Shown piece after piece: positions 46,865 to 56,895 of a stretch of 64,000 bases of DNA. Below the pieces are notes generated by a model, which was not told where the DNA came from, searched no databases, and saw only the letters and a list, made by a program, of their open reading frames with translations. The stretch is from NCBI GenBank assembly GCA_963735345.1, contig CAVTKL010000008.1:3283-67282 (forward strand). Reading direction: 5' to 3'. Origin of the DNA: an uncultured Thermoleophilia bacterium. GTDB taxonomy: Bacteria > Actinomycetota > Thermoleophilia > UBA2241. The translations under genes and the position numbers were made by a program. The stretch's first letter is position 1. Each line of letters starts with the position of its first letter.

Positions 46865-47076
46865 GCGTCCGCCTTGACTGGATGGCCGCCTCTAGGGCCG
46901 CGCCGTGCCTTCCGCATCCTGCCCGCTCAGTATGCCACATCCCACAAGAAGACTCCCGGGGTCCGGCCTGCGCGCCGCCGCCGCCATTCCTGGACACATC
47001 GCCCTGCTAGACTCCAGGCTGCGAGGTGATCGCGATGAGCGAGTGTGTCGACAGCGTGAGGCGGAGAGGAGCAGTC

Positions 47077-48043
47077 ATGGCGGAAGGCGTGTCGGTGCGC
47101 TGGCAGGAGGTCGCCGGCAGGAGAGTCGAGGTCGGGCCGATGTGCGCCACGTGGACCGACCTGGGCAAGGCCGGGGGGAGCGTCGCCACCGGCCTCAAGC
47201 GCATCCAGATCGAGGCGGGCCGTCGCTCGACCCCCGTCCATGTTCATGACGCCGAGGAGGAGATCTTCTATGTCCTCGGCGGCGGCGGGCTCAGCTGGCA
47301 AGACGGCGAGACGTGCGCGCATCGCCTCCGGCGACTGCATCGTTCACGTCGCCGGCGGCGCGGCGCACACGCTGATCGCCGGCGAGGAGGGGCTGGACGT
47401 CCTCGCCTTCGGTACGCGCTGCCCTGCGCCGGTGACTCGGCTGCCGCGCGCCGGCGTGTCGTGGCTCGGGCAGAACTGGGTGGCGATCGGCGGAGAACCG
47501 CACCCCTGGGGTCGCGAGGTGGCAGCCGGCGAACTGGTGGTCCCGGAGCCCGGCCAATGTCCGGCGAACGTGGTCGCGAGCGGCACGACGGACGAGGTGT
47601 CGATCGCCTACGGCGACACGGACCGCCGCGAATGCGCGCTCGGCCGCGCCGGCGGGTCGCGCCTCACGGGGCTCAATCACGTGGTCGTCGCGTGCAACCG
47701 GCTCAGCTGTCCGCCGCATGTCCACGCCGCGGAAGAAGAGGTCTTCGTCGTACTGGAGGGGGACGGCAATCTCCTGTTGTACGACTGCGACACGCATCCG
47801 CAGGCGCCACCGACGCTGTACGCCGTGGGCGCCGGCGACCTCGTGGTCCGTCCCGCGGGCAGCGGGGTCGCGCACGCCTTCCTCGCCAACGCCATGGGGC
47901 TCACCATCCTCGCCTATGGCGAGCGGCGCGGTGACGAGATGACGTACTATCCGCGCTCGGGCAAGGTGCGCTTCCGCGGCCTCGGCGTCACCGGCCGTCT
48001 CGAGATGTGCAACTACTGGGATAGAGAGCCGCCGCAGGGCTGA
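47077..48043 (+). pseudogene. Bicupin protein; frame break at ~47,311-47,321 inside a (GC)n run
   Basis: Frame 1 reads MAEGVSVRW...PVHVHDAEEEIFYVLGGGGLSWQDGET, then switches to frame 2: RIASGDCIVHVAGGAAHTL...second cupin PPHVHAAEEEVFVVLEGDG. ATG 47077 follows GGAGAGGAG. Confidence 0.7.
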
Positions 48044-48094
48044 GCCGCCGAGGCACGTCGTCTTCGCCGGCGGCGGCTCCTGATCGGCGGCAGG

Positions 48095-49201
48095 TCAGTG
48101 CAGCCGCGTGCGCAGCACCTTCCAGACGGCAGGGTCCTCCTGGCCCATGATCCAGCAGTACACGCCGCGGATGCGTGGGTGGCGCTCAAGCAGCATGGCC
48201 AGCTTGGCGTCGATCGCCTTGGCGTCCGGGAAGAACGCCGTGTGCGCGGCGCCGTCGCGGCTGTACGAGAGCACGAGCTCAGCCGAGGGGCCGCGCGATT
48301 CGCGCGGCGTGTCGGCCGAGCGGATCCGCTGGACGTCCGTCCACACCAGGTCGGTGGTCTTGGCGCCGCGCCAGTCGCGGCCGTAGAAGCCGACGCCCAT
48401 GACGATCTTGTGGGGCTCGACCTGCGTCTCGGCGAAGTCGAGCACCTTGTCCATCCATGCGGGCGGCGAGAGCGGGCCGGGCCCGGACCAGGACCCCGAA
48501 TAGTTGTAGGTCATCACGCGGAACTGGTCGACGGCCCGGCCTAGTCGCCGCCAGTCCTGCGCCCGCGGCCCGTCCCATCCGCCCGGCTCGCTGGTCTTGG
48601 GGTAGACATCGACGGCGATGAGCCGGCCGTCGTCGTGCAGCCGCTGGGCGAGCTCCTCGACGAAGGCCGTGAAGCTGGTGCGCTGTCCGGCGGTGAGCGC
48701 CTCCCAGTCCACGTCCACGCCGTCCACTGCGTTTGCGCGGCACCAGTCCGCGACGGCCGCGACATGGCGACGACGGGTCTCGGCCGTCGCCAGGATGGCG
48801 GCCGCGATCGCCGGGTCGAACTGGTGGGTGGCCGTGCTGTAGTCGGTGAGCGTGACGATCACACGGCAGTCCTGCTCGCGCGCCTCGGCGACGAAGCTCG
48901 CATCCGCCCCAGGGGCCTCGACGCTGCCGTCGGCGCGCGAGCGCAGCCAGTCGACGCTCACTTCGTCGATGGCGCCGGCGTCGACGGCGCGTGCGAGCGA
49001 AGCGCGGTCGCCGAAGGTCCAGGCGCCGATGAGATACGGGCCGTGCGGGCGCTCGTCCTCGAGGACGCTTGCAAGCGCGAAGGCGGCGCCCACCGCCGCG
49101 AGACCGACGATGAGGATGATGACCAGGGCCGGTGTGCCGCGGCGCCTCGACCGGCGGGCACCGCCGACGCTGCCTTCTGCTGCTCTTCCGCGCGTCGTCA
49201 C
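48095..49201 (-). CDS. Membrane-anchored glycoside hydrolase family 18-like protein
   Basis: N-terminal TM segment ALVIILIVGLAAVGAAFALASVL. GH18 catalytic motif VDGVDVDWE. Start (GTG 49201) is uncertain. Confidence 0.75.
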   Translation of the reverse strand: MTTRGRAAEGSVGGARRSRRRGTPALVIILIVGLAAVGAAFALASVLEDERPHGPYLIGAWTFGDRASLARAVDAGAIDEVSVDWLRSRADGSVEAPGADASFVAEAREQDCRVIVTLTDYSTATHQFDPAIAAAILATAETRRRHVAAVADWCRANAVDGVDVDWEALTAGQRTSFTAFVEELAQRLHDDGRLIAVDVYPKTSEPGGWDGPRAQDWRRLGRAVDQFRVMTYNYSGSWSGPGPLSPPAWMDKVLDFAETQVEPHKIVMGVGFYGRDWRGAKTTDLVWTDVQRIRSADTPRESRGPSAELVLSYSRDGAAHTAFFPDAKAIDAKLAMLLERHPRIRGVYCWIMGQEDPAVWKVLRTRLH

Positions 49202-49360
49202 GCCTTCATCATGACGCCTCACCGGCCTCCGGAGAAACCGGCCCGTGGGGGCGCCGCCCGGCAGCGCGGGTCGCCTCCGCGGCGGGCGCGGGTTGCTCGC
49301 ATGACCGTCGTGGGTATCCACTTGACAGCGTCCACTCAACCCCGACCAGCGAGGTTTCCC

Positions 49361-49924
49361 GTGAAGGAGAAGCTCGGCTCCACCAACGCACTGTACCCGC
49401 TCGTCACCGCGATCGTCGGCGCGACGGTCGACGGCAAGCCCGACTTCGCCACCATCGCCCATGTGGGCATCGCTCATCTCAAAGGCATCACGCTGGGCAT
49501 GGGCAAGATCCACCTCACCAACAAGGGCATCATCGCCAGCAAGACGTTCAGCGTCAGTCTCCCGTCCGAGGACATGGTGGCCGTGACAGACCACATCGGC
49601 ATGGTGAGCGGTACCCAGGAGGACAAGAGCGCCATCTTCGACGTCTTCTACGGCGAGCTCAAGAACGCTCCCATGATCGAGCAGTGCAAGGTGACGATGG
49701 AATGCAAGCTCATCGAGCACATCGAGCTGCCGACCCACGATCTCTTCGTCGGTGAGATCGTCGGTACGTACGCGGATGTCGAGGTGCTCACCAACGGCAT
49801 CGTCGACATCGCCAAGCTCAAGCCGCTGCTCTTCGACATGGCGAGCAAGAAGTACTGGTCGCTGGGCGAGCCGGTGGCCAAGTGCTGGAGCGTGGGGAAG
49901 GACTATCGGCCGCTGACCCGCTGA
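49361..49924 (+). CDS. Flavin reductase-like (FMN-binding split-barrel) protein
   Basis: GTG 49361 is 6 nt after GAGG. LVTAIVGATVDGKPDFATIAH... Only the 3' 188 codons of ORF 48635..49924 are coding. Confidence 0.7.
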   Translation: MKEKLGSTNALYPLVTAIVGATVDGKPDFATIAHVGIAHLKGITLGMGKIHLTNKGIIASKTFSVSLPSEDMVAVTDHIGMVSGTQEDKSAIFDVFYGELKNAPMIEQCKVTMECKLIEHIELPTHDLFVGEIVGTYADVEVLTNGIVDIAKLKPLLFDMASKKYWSLGEPVAKCWSVGKDYRPLTR

Positions 49925-49931
49925 CCGCGGG

Positions 49932-50186
49932 TCATCCCTGTGCGGCCAGCGCTGTCGTGATCAGCGAGCTCACCTCGGCCTGCGACGGCACTTTGCCGCT
50001 CATCACCAGCTTGCCGTCGATCGCCAGAGCGGGCGTCGACATGACCCCGTAGGCCATGATCGTCGGGAAGTCCTCGACCTTGACGACCTCGGCGTCCTCG
50101 ATGCGAAGGTCGTGTAGGGCCGCTTCGGTGAGCGCCATCAGCTTCTGGCAGTTGGCGCAGCCTGAACCGAGGATCTCGAGCTTCAT
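49932..50186 (-). CDS. Small thioredoxin-fold protein (redox-active disulfide protein 2 type)
   Basis: MKLEILGSGCANCQKL...GVMSTPALAIDGK. 84 aa. This type is typically paired with ArsP/DUF318 permeases and ars operons. Confidence 0.88.
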   Translation of the reverse strand: MKLEILGSGCANCQKLMALTEAALHDLRIEDAEVVKVEDFPTIMAYGVMSTPALAIDGKLVMSGKVPSQAEVSSLITTALAAQG

Positions 50187-50208
50187 GTGACTCTCCTTCG
50201 CGTTGTGG

Positions 50209-50595
50209 TCATGAGGCGGCTCTTTGCGCCGGCTTCTTCGCGGCGGTGGCGCAGGCGCTGTCGGCGTCGCTTGGGGCGCGCGGAGCAGCGAGCAAACGCT
50301 CGACGCAGTCCAGGAAGCCCCCGAGATCGCCGTCGAAGCGCTCCCAGTCGATCGAGTAGTAGGTCCGCGTGCCCTCGCTGCGCAGACGCACCAGGCCGGC
50401 GTCGCGCAGCAGGGCGAGGTGGTGCGAGACGAGGGGCTGGCTCTGGTCGAGCGGCCCCGTCATCTCGCAGACGCAACGCTCGCCACCCAGCAGGAACTCG
50501 ATGATCTGCGCGCGGATGGGGTTGGAGAAGGCCTTGAAGAACGGGACGAAATCGACCATGCTGCGGACTTCTGCCGGGTCTGTGGCGATCTTCAT
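50209..50595 (-). CDS. arsR: ArsR/SmtB-family metalloregulator with CVC As(III)-type site
   Basis: FKAFSNPIRAQIIEFLLGGERCVCEM...VSHHLALLRDAGLV. Start at aa 24 of ORF 50209..50664. Confidence 0.88.
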   Translation of the reverse strand: MKIATDPAEVRSMVDFVPFFKAFSNPIRAQIIEFLLGGERCVCEMTGPLDQSQPLVSHHLALLRDAGLVRLRSEGTRTYYSIDWERFDGDLGGFLDCVERLLAAPRAPSDADSACATAAKKPAQRAAS

Positions 50596-50596
50596 G

Positions 50597-51712
<1,116 letters not shown>

Positions 51713-51765
51713 AGCGGTGATCTCCTTGGCCGTGCCGGCGCCGGACGGACACCGAGAAGCATACA

Positions 51766-51801
51766 TTGACAAACGCTGATGGTCAAGCTAAGTTTATATA
51801 A
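51766..51801. promoter_or_regulatory. Divergent ars promoter/operator region: TTGAC-N11-GTCAA inverted repeat plus TTATATAA palindrome
   Basis: TTGACA at 51766..51771 and GTCAA at 51782..51786. TTATATAA at 51794..51801 is the most AT-rich spot I noticed in the window. A possible promoter is TTGACA-17-TAAGTT. Confidence 0.35.
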
Positions 51802-51811
51802 GTCTCACGGC

Positions 51812-52585
51812 ATGAACCGAGAAAGGCGGGAGAGCGTGAAGACCATCCAGCTCGACGAGCCCTTCGCCGTGTTCTCTGATGTGCACGGCAACCTGCCGGC
51901 GCTCGAAGCGGTCCTCTCGGACATCGAGCGCTGCGGCGTGGCCCACACGCTCTGTCTCGGAGACCTCGTGGGGTATGGTCCTTCACCGAACGAGGTCGCC
52001 CTGCTCATCCGCGATCGCGACATCCCGACGCTCATGGGCAACTACGACCAGGGCATCGGCTTCGAGACGGGCGACTGCGGCTGCGTCTACAAGACCGACG
52101 AGCAGCGCGCCGAAGGCGCGGCATCCCTCGCCTGGACGCAGACGGCCGTGAGCGACGAGGTCAAGGCCTACCTGCGCACCCTCGAGGATCACTTCGTGCT
52201 GCAGACGCCGAGCGGCGACATCCTCGCCGTGCACGGCAGCCCGCGCCGCATCAACGAGTACCTGTTCGAGGACCGGCCTGCCTCCGCCATGGGGCGCATG
52301 GCGCGCGAATACCCGTATCCGGTCATCCTTTTCGGGCACACGCACCTGCCCTATGCTCGGCAGGTCGGCGAGACCACCTTCGTGAATGTCGGCAGCGCCG
52401 GGCGTCCCAAAGACGGCGACTGGCGCGTCTGCTACGCCATCGTCGACCCCGCCCGGCTCGGCCGAGGCGAGGAACTCGTTGAGTTCGTGCGCGTCGCCTA
52501 TGACTACGCGCGGCTGCTGGCCGATATGGCGCCGACGCCGCTGATCACGAGCTTCTCCGCGCCGCCATCGTCCAGATCGGAGTGA
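51812..52585 (+). CDS. Metallophosphoesterase (YfcE/MJ0936-like)
   Basis: FSDVHGN, LGDLVGYGP, LFGHTHLP, plus an unusual GDCGCVYK insert. The start could instead be GTG ~51836. Confidence 0.82.
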   Translation: MNRERRESVKTIQLDEPFAVFSDVHGNLPALEAVLSDIERCGVAHTLCLGDLVGYGPSPNEVALLIRDRDIPTLMGNYDQGIGFETGDCGCVYKTDEQRAEGAASLAWTQTAVSDEVKAYLRTLEDHFVLQTPSGDILAVHGSPRRINEYLFEDRPASAMGRMAREYPYPVILFGHTHLPYARQVGETTFVNVGSAGRPKDGDWRVCYAIVDPARLGRGEELVEFVRVAYDYARLLADMAPTPLITSFSAPPSSRSE

Positions 52586-52592
52586 ACCGTCC

Positions 52593-53798
52593 ATGAATCA
52601 GGAGACTGTCGGCGCTGCTGCGCCCGTGGCGTTGGGAACAGAGGACGATCTGACGCCGACGTCAGCGGCGCCCATGTGTGACTGCGGCACCCCGGCCGCC
52701 GCCGTCGCGGAGCCGGCGGCCGCTGCGGATCCGGCGCCGGCGACGCCTCAGAGTCGCGCGCCGCACAAGGTGCTCGCGCGCCTGTTTGCCCGCCTGCCGC
52801 TCTGGTTGCGCGTCGGCGGCGGCGTGCTGCTCTGGGCGATCGTGTATCACTACTGGTTGCCGGTGGCGACGTGGCTCACGGAGGACGTGCTTCACCTCAC
52901 CACGGGGCGCCTCGCCTCGTCGCTTCAGTTCTTCATCTACGACACCGTCAAGGTGCTGCTGCTGCTCACCATCGTCGTCTTCGGCGTCGGCATCGTGCGC
53001 ACGTTCTTCAGCCCGCAGCGCACCCGGGCCCTGCTGCACGGCAGACGCGAGGTCACCGGCAACGTCATGGCCGCCAGCCTCGGCATCGTGACGCCGTTTT
53101 GCAGTTGCTCGGCCGTGCCCCTCTTCATCGGCTTCGTAGAGGCCGGCATTCCGCTCGGCGTCACCTTCTCGTTCCTCATCGCCGCTCCCATGGTCAATGA
53201 GATCGCCCTGGTGCTGCTCTACGGCCTGTTCGGCTGGGAGGTCGCCACGCTGTACCTCACCACGGGGCTCATCATCGCCATGGTCGCCGGCTGGGTCATC
53301 GGTCGCCTCAAGCTGGAGCGCTACGTCGAGGACTGGGTGCGCGAGATCCGCATGGGCGACGCGGTGGCCGGCGAGGAGCTCGACTGGCCGGCGCGAGTGC
53401 ACTACGCCTGGCAGGCCGTCAAGGACATCGTCGGCAAGGTGTGGCCCTACGTGGTCGCCGGTATCGCGGTCGGCGCCGTCATCCACGGCTACGTGCCCGA
53501 GAACTTCATGGCCGGCGTCATGGGCGCCGACGCCTGGTGGAGCGTGCCGGTGGCGGTGCTCGTCGGCATCCCCATGTACTCCAACGCCGCCGGCATCATC
53601 CCGATCGTCGAGGCGCTGCTCGAGAAGGGCGCGGCCCTGGGCACAGTGCTCGCCTTCATGATGGCCGTCATCGCGCTCTCGCTGCCCGAGACGATCATCC
53701 TGCGCAAAGTCCTGAAGTGGCCGCTCATCGCGACCTTCCTCGGGGTGGTCGGCGTCGGCATCATGATGGTCGGCTTCCTGTTCAACTGGATCCTGTGA
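52593..53798 (+). CDS. arsP: ArsP-like (PF03773/DUF318) permease with ~80-aa N-terminal extension
   Basis: GIVTPFCSCSAVPLFIGF, the vicinal-Cys TPFCSCS motif characteristic of ArsP/DUF318 permeases. About 8-10 TM segments. Confidence 0.8.
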   Translation: MNQETVGAAAPVALGTEDDLTPTSAAPMCDCGTPAAAVAEPAAAADPAPATPQSRAPHKVLARLFARLPLWLRVGGGVLLWAIVYHYWLPVATWLTEDVLHLTTGRLASSLQFFIYDTVKVLLLLTIVVFGVGIVRTFFSPQRTRALLHGRREVTGNVMAASLGIVTPFCSCSAVPLFIGFVEAGIPLGVTFSFLIAAPMVNEIALVLLYGLFGWEVATLYLTTGLIIAMVAGWVIGRLKLERYVEDWVREIRMGDAVAGEELDWPARVHYAWQAVKDIVGKVWPYVVAGIAVGAVIHGYVPENFMAGVMGADAWWSVPVAVLVGIPMYSNAAGIIPIVEALLEKGAALGTVLAFMMAVIALSLPETIILRKVLKWPLIATFLGVVGVGIMMVGFLFNWIL

Positions 53799-53802
53799 AG
53801 GG

Positions 53803-54186
53803 GTGGGCGTGGAAGCACTGACGACGTTCACCGAGCCCACGGAGTGCGAACGCGCGACGACGCTCCTCGAGCGCCTGGGCATCGCGCACGCGGTGATCTC
53901 CCCCGAACCCGGATACGCACACGTGGGGTGCCCGGCGCTCGTGCTCGCCGACGAGGAGAAGGGGACCTTCCTGGCGAGCGGAGGAGCGGACGTGATGTGC
54001 GCCGGCTGGGTCGACTACCGGCCGCCGGCGCATGACGTTCCCGACCGACGCTCCGCGCGAGTTCGCGGAGGACATCGTGGGTCAGGTGGCCGTCGTGGTG
54101 CTCGCCCCGTGTGTCGCCGACCTCGATCGCCTGCGTCTCACCGCGCATCTTCTCCGGCGACGTCGGCGAGGCTCTGCCGTACCTGA
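53803..54186 (+). CDS. DUF3343 (putative Se/S carrier-like) protein; only ~53,803/53,809-54,031 looks coding, and the ORF lacks a stop there
   Basis: TFTEPTECERATTLLERLGIAHAVISPEPGYAHVGCPALVL fits the DUF3343 pattern. Third-position GC falls sharply after 54,030 while the +1 frame becomes protein-like. Confidence 0.6.
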   Translation: MGVEALTTFTEPTECERATTLLERLGIAHAVISPEPGYAHVGCPALVLADEEKGTFLASGGADVMCAGWVDYRPPAHDVPDRRSARVRGGHRGSGGRRGARPVCRRPRSPASHRASSPATSARLCRT

Positions 54187-54608
54187 ACGGGGTGCTGCCC
54201 CAGGCCTCTTACGTCGCCACATTGCCCGTGCTCACCTTCATGGACGGTCACCGCATGGTGTCGCTGTACCGGGACCGCATCGCCGTTGCCAAAGCTGACG
54301 ACATCGTCGACGCCTGGGCGAGCCTCGAGCGCCTGCGCTGCCTGGTGAACGACACGTGGTCGCGCCGTGCCGAGATCACCCCGTCGCTGGAGCTGCACCG
54401 CAGGCCGCCGGCCCTGGAGATCTACAAGCGTCTGCCGGGGACGAACTGCAAGGGCTGCGGTGAGCCCACCTGCACCGCCTTCGCCTGGGCCGTGTGGCGC
54501 GGAGGGGCCGACATCCATGCCTGCCGCCCCGTCTTCAGCGGTGAGCGCGGCGACCTCAAGGAGGCCCTGCTTTCCGTCTGCTCCGGCCTGGGGCTGGTGG
54601 ACGAATGA
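54032..54608 (+). pseudogene. PF04060-type Fe-S cluster protein; frame break near 54,140-54,150
   Basis: Frame 2 from ATG 54032 reads MTFPTDAPREFAEDIVGQVAVVVLAPCVADLDRLRLTAH. Frame 0 continues IFSGDVGEALPYLNGVL...LPGTNCKGCGEPTCTAFA...IHACRP (CxxCxxxxC...C Fe-S motif). Confidence 0.6.
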
Positions 54609-54612
54609 GGGC

Positions 54613-55548
54613 TCAGCTCAGCAGCCCCTCGATGATCAGGTCGGTCGCCTCGTCTTCTGTCAGTCCGCGGCTCATGAGCGTCTGCAGTTGCTTGGAGTCG
54701 ACCGAGCCGATCGCGGCCTCGTGGGTGATGTGGGCCAGCGGGTGGCTCACCTCGACGATGGGCACGGCTTTGGCGACCGCCCGGTCCTGGACGATCTCCT
54801 TGCAGTCGACGTGCCCGCGCGCGTAGGGCGCTGAGGCAGTCAGCGTGTTGTACACCTCGGCGCGGGCGTCGCCGCGCAGGGCCAGGTAGGACTGCAGCAC
54901 GGCGCGAGCGCCTTCGCCGTTGAGGCGCCCGGTCTCGCGGATCGTCACCGTGTCATGGCCGCGGGCGATGATGCGCGTGATCATCTCGAGCGTGCTGCGC
55001 GCGTCGCAGTCGGCCTCGTAGTCGAAGTCGATGACGCCCGCGCGACCCTTGACCAGTTCGAACTCGGTGCGGAAGCGCGCGCCCTCGCCGATGTGGACCA
55101 GCGTCTTGGGCACCACGAGCACGCCGCCGTCGGCGCCGTGCAGGTGGCGCTCGAAGTATTCGTAGGTCGCGCCGGGGGCGATGTTCACCACGGCGTCCAT
55201 CTTGTGAGTGATGTCGATGGCGTTGGGGAAGGTGCAGTGGGCCTGCACAGAGGCAGACGAGTCGGCCTCGACATCGACCTTCATGACGATGTGCTGCAGG
55301 CCGTCGGTGGGCAGCATGCCGAAGCACAGGTGCACCGGGTTGGCGATCCTGACGCCCTCGTGCAGGCGGATGTGCGCCTCGATGCCGTCGTCGAGCTGCT
55401 CAACGTCGACGTCGAGCCCGGGGACCAGGTGCGCGCCCACCACCTCGTTGCCGCTGACCTCAAGGTGCGCGACGTCGTCGCCGCTGAAGTGCGCGCCGTA
55501 GTCGCCCAGCGACTCGAGCAGCGCGCGTGCCGTGGCGACGTCGCTCAT
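54613..55548 (-). CDS. Short SufB/SufD-family Fe-S assembly protein (minimal SUF-like, SmsB-type)
   Basis: 311 aa, beta-helix-type repeats, C-terminal EAAIGSVDSKQLQTLMSRGLTEDEATDLII typical of SufB/D. Start overlaps the sufC-like stop. Confidence 0.8.
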   Translation of the reverse strand: MSDVATARALLESLGDYGAHFSGDDVAHLEVSGNEVVGAHLVPGLDVDVEQLDDGIEAHIRLHEGVRIANPVHLCFGMLPTDGLQHIVMKVDVEADSSASVQAHCTFPNAIDITHKMDAVVNIAPGATYEYFERHLHGADGGVLVVPKTLVHIGEGARFRTEFELVKGRAGVIDFDYEADCDARSTLEMITRIIARGHDTVTIRETGRLNGEGARAVLQSYLALRGDARAEVYNTLTASAPYARGHVDCKEIVQDRAVAKAVPIVEVSHPLAHITHEAAIGSVDSKQLQTLMSRGLTEDEATDLIIEGLLS

Positions 55549-56285
55549 ACCGGCATCATCTCTTCCGGACCCGGCACGTTCTCGTGGTCGCAGGGGATGC
55601 AATGGCCGGCGAAGTAGCCGCTGATCTTGTCGACTACGCCCTTGTCGAGGATGCGGCCGTTGCAGAGGAGAAAGGCGTGCTCGGCGTGCTCGAGTACCGT
55701 CATGCTGTGAGTGATCATGACGACGGTGGCGCCCATCGTCTTGAAGTCCGCAAGGACGTCGAAGATGCGTTCCAGCGCCTCGACGTCGATACCCGAGTCT
55801 GGTTCGTCCATGAGCACGAGGCGGGGCTCCATGGCCAGGATCGAGGCCAGTTCCACGCGTTTGCGCTCGCCGCCGGAGAGGGTCTTGTCGACCTTGCGTG
55901 TGAGATAGCGGTCGGGGTCGAGGCCGACGCGCTCCAGCACCTCGCGGACCTTCTCCCGACTCTTGTCCTTGGCGCCGGCGGCGATGAAGCGGTCCATGCG
56001 CAGGCCCTCGAAGCGGGCCGGCTCCTGCCAGGCGAGCGTGATGCCGCGCCGCGCCCGTTCGTCGACCGACACGCCGCGCAGCGATGCGCCGTCGAACAGG
56101 ATGTCGCCGCCGTGCTGCGTGTAGCCCGGCAGGCCCATGATGGTGCTGGCGAGCGTGGACTTGCCGGCCCCGTTCGGGCCGATCAGGGCGTGGACGCGTC
56201 CCTCCCAGAACTCGGCGCTGAGGCCGTTGAGGATGCGCTTGCCGCCAAGCTCGAGCGTGACGTCGTGCAGTTCGAGGATCGCCAT
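55545..56285 (-). CDS. sufC: SufC-like Fe-S assembly ABC ATPase (SmsC-type)
   Basis: GPNGAGKSTL, LSGGERKRVEL, LVLMDEPDSGID, VMITHS. The C-terminal CIPCDHE is unusual. Confidence 0.85.
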   Translation of the reverse strand: MAILELHDVTLELGGKRILNGLSAEFWEGRVHALIGPNGAGKSTLASTIMGLPGYTQHGGDILFDGASLRGVSVDERARRGITLAWQEPARFEGLRMDRFIAAGAKDKSREKVREVLERVGLDPDRYLTRKVDKTLSGGERKRVELASILAMEPRLVLMDEPDSGIDVEALERIFDVLADFKTMGATVVMITHSMTVLEHAEHAFLLCNGRILDKGVVDKISGYFAGHCIPCDHENVPGPEEMMPV

Positions 56286-56340
56286 GCGGGGACCACGACC
56301 TTTCCTGGCGGGCGCGGGGAGGCGCTCCCGCCCTCTTACT

Positions 56341-56805
56341 CTACTCCGGGTAGCACCTGATGAGCCGCTTGCAGACGGCCTGCGGATGGCAGCCCACGGC
56401 ATACTGCTCGCATGCGGCGCAGTCGGCGAGCAGCAGGTCTCGCTCGGCGCCCTCGACGAGCACCGCGTAGCCGTTCGCGGCGAAGAATCCGGGGGCGCGC
56501 GCCGCCGCGTAGAGGATCGAGTGGCCACTGCGCAGCGCCTCCTCCTCGAGTGCGGCCAGGAGACGCCTGCCAAGGCCCTGGCCGCGGTGCGCGGGCGCGA
56601 CAGCCAGACGCTCGACGATGGGGAGTCCCGCAAGCTCGCCGAGCGCCACGGTGCCCACCATGCAGTCGCCTTCGAACGCCCCCCACAGGGCTTGCGGGGG
56701 CGGAGGATTCTCCGATCCTTCGAGATGCGCCTCTCTGGCGAGGGCGAGGGCGGCGGTAAGGTCGTCGCTGCGTCTGATGTCGGGAGAGTCCGCCTGGCGA
56801 GTCAT
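56341..56805 (-). CDS. GNAT N-acetyltransferase, ArsN2-like, with C-terminal Cys cluster
   Basis: LAVAPAHRGQGLGRRLL (acetyl-CoA motif). Tail CAACEQYAVGCHPQAVCKRLIRC. The ArsN2 assignment is inferred from context and loose similarity recalled from memory. Confidence 0.65.
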   Translation of the reverse strand: MTRQADSPDIRRSDDLTAALALAREAHLEGSENPPPPQALWGAFEGDCMVGTVALGELAGLPIVERLAVAPAHRGQGLGRRLLAALEEEALRSGHSILYAAARAPGFFAANGYAVLVEGAERDLLLADCAACEQYAVGCHPQAVCKRLIRCYPE

Positions 56806-56836
56806 CGCCCGTACTCTACCGCTTTCGGCCGGCCGA

Positions 56837-56864
56837 TTGCAGTCTGCGGCGCAGGCATTATACT
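56837..56864 (+). promoter_or_regulatory. Candidate SigA-type promoter (TTGCAG-16 nt-TATACT) for the DUF134-NifX pair
   Basis: Read directly from sequence. It is followed by palindrome GCATATGC and RBS GAGGA, 5 nt before ATG 56896. Confidence 0.4.
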
Positions 56865-56895
56865 GGGCATATGCTAAGAACCTTTGAGGATGAGC

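Noticed and set aside
54036-54186. C-terminal 51 codons of the DUF3343 ORF as real coding sequence
   Set aside because: Third-position GC drops to roughly half and the product becomes Arg/Ser/Gly junk. Meanwhile the overlapping +1 frame is protein-like.
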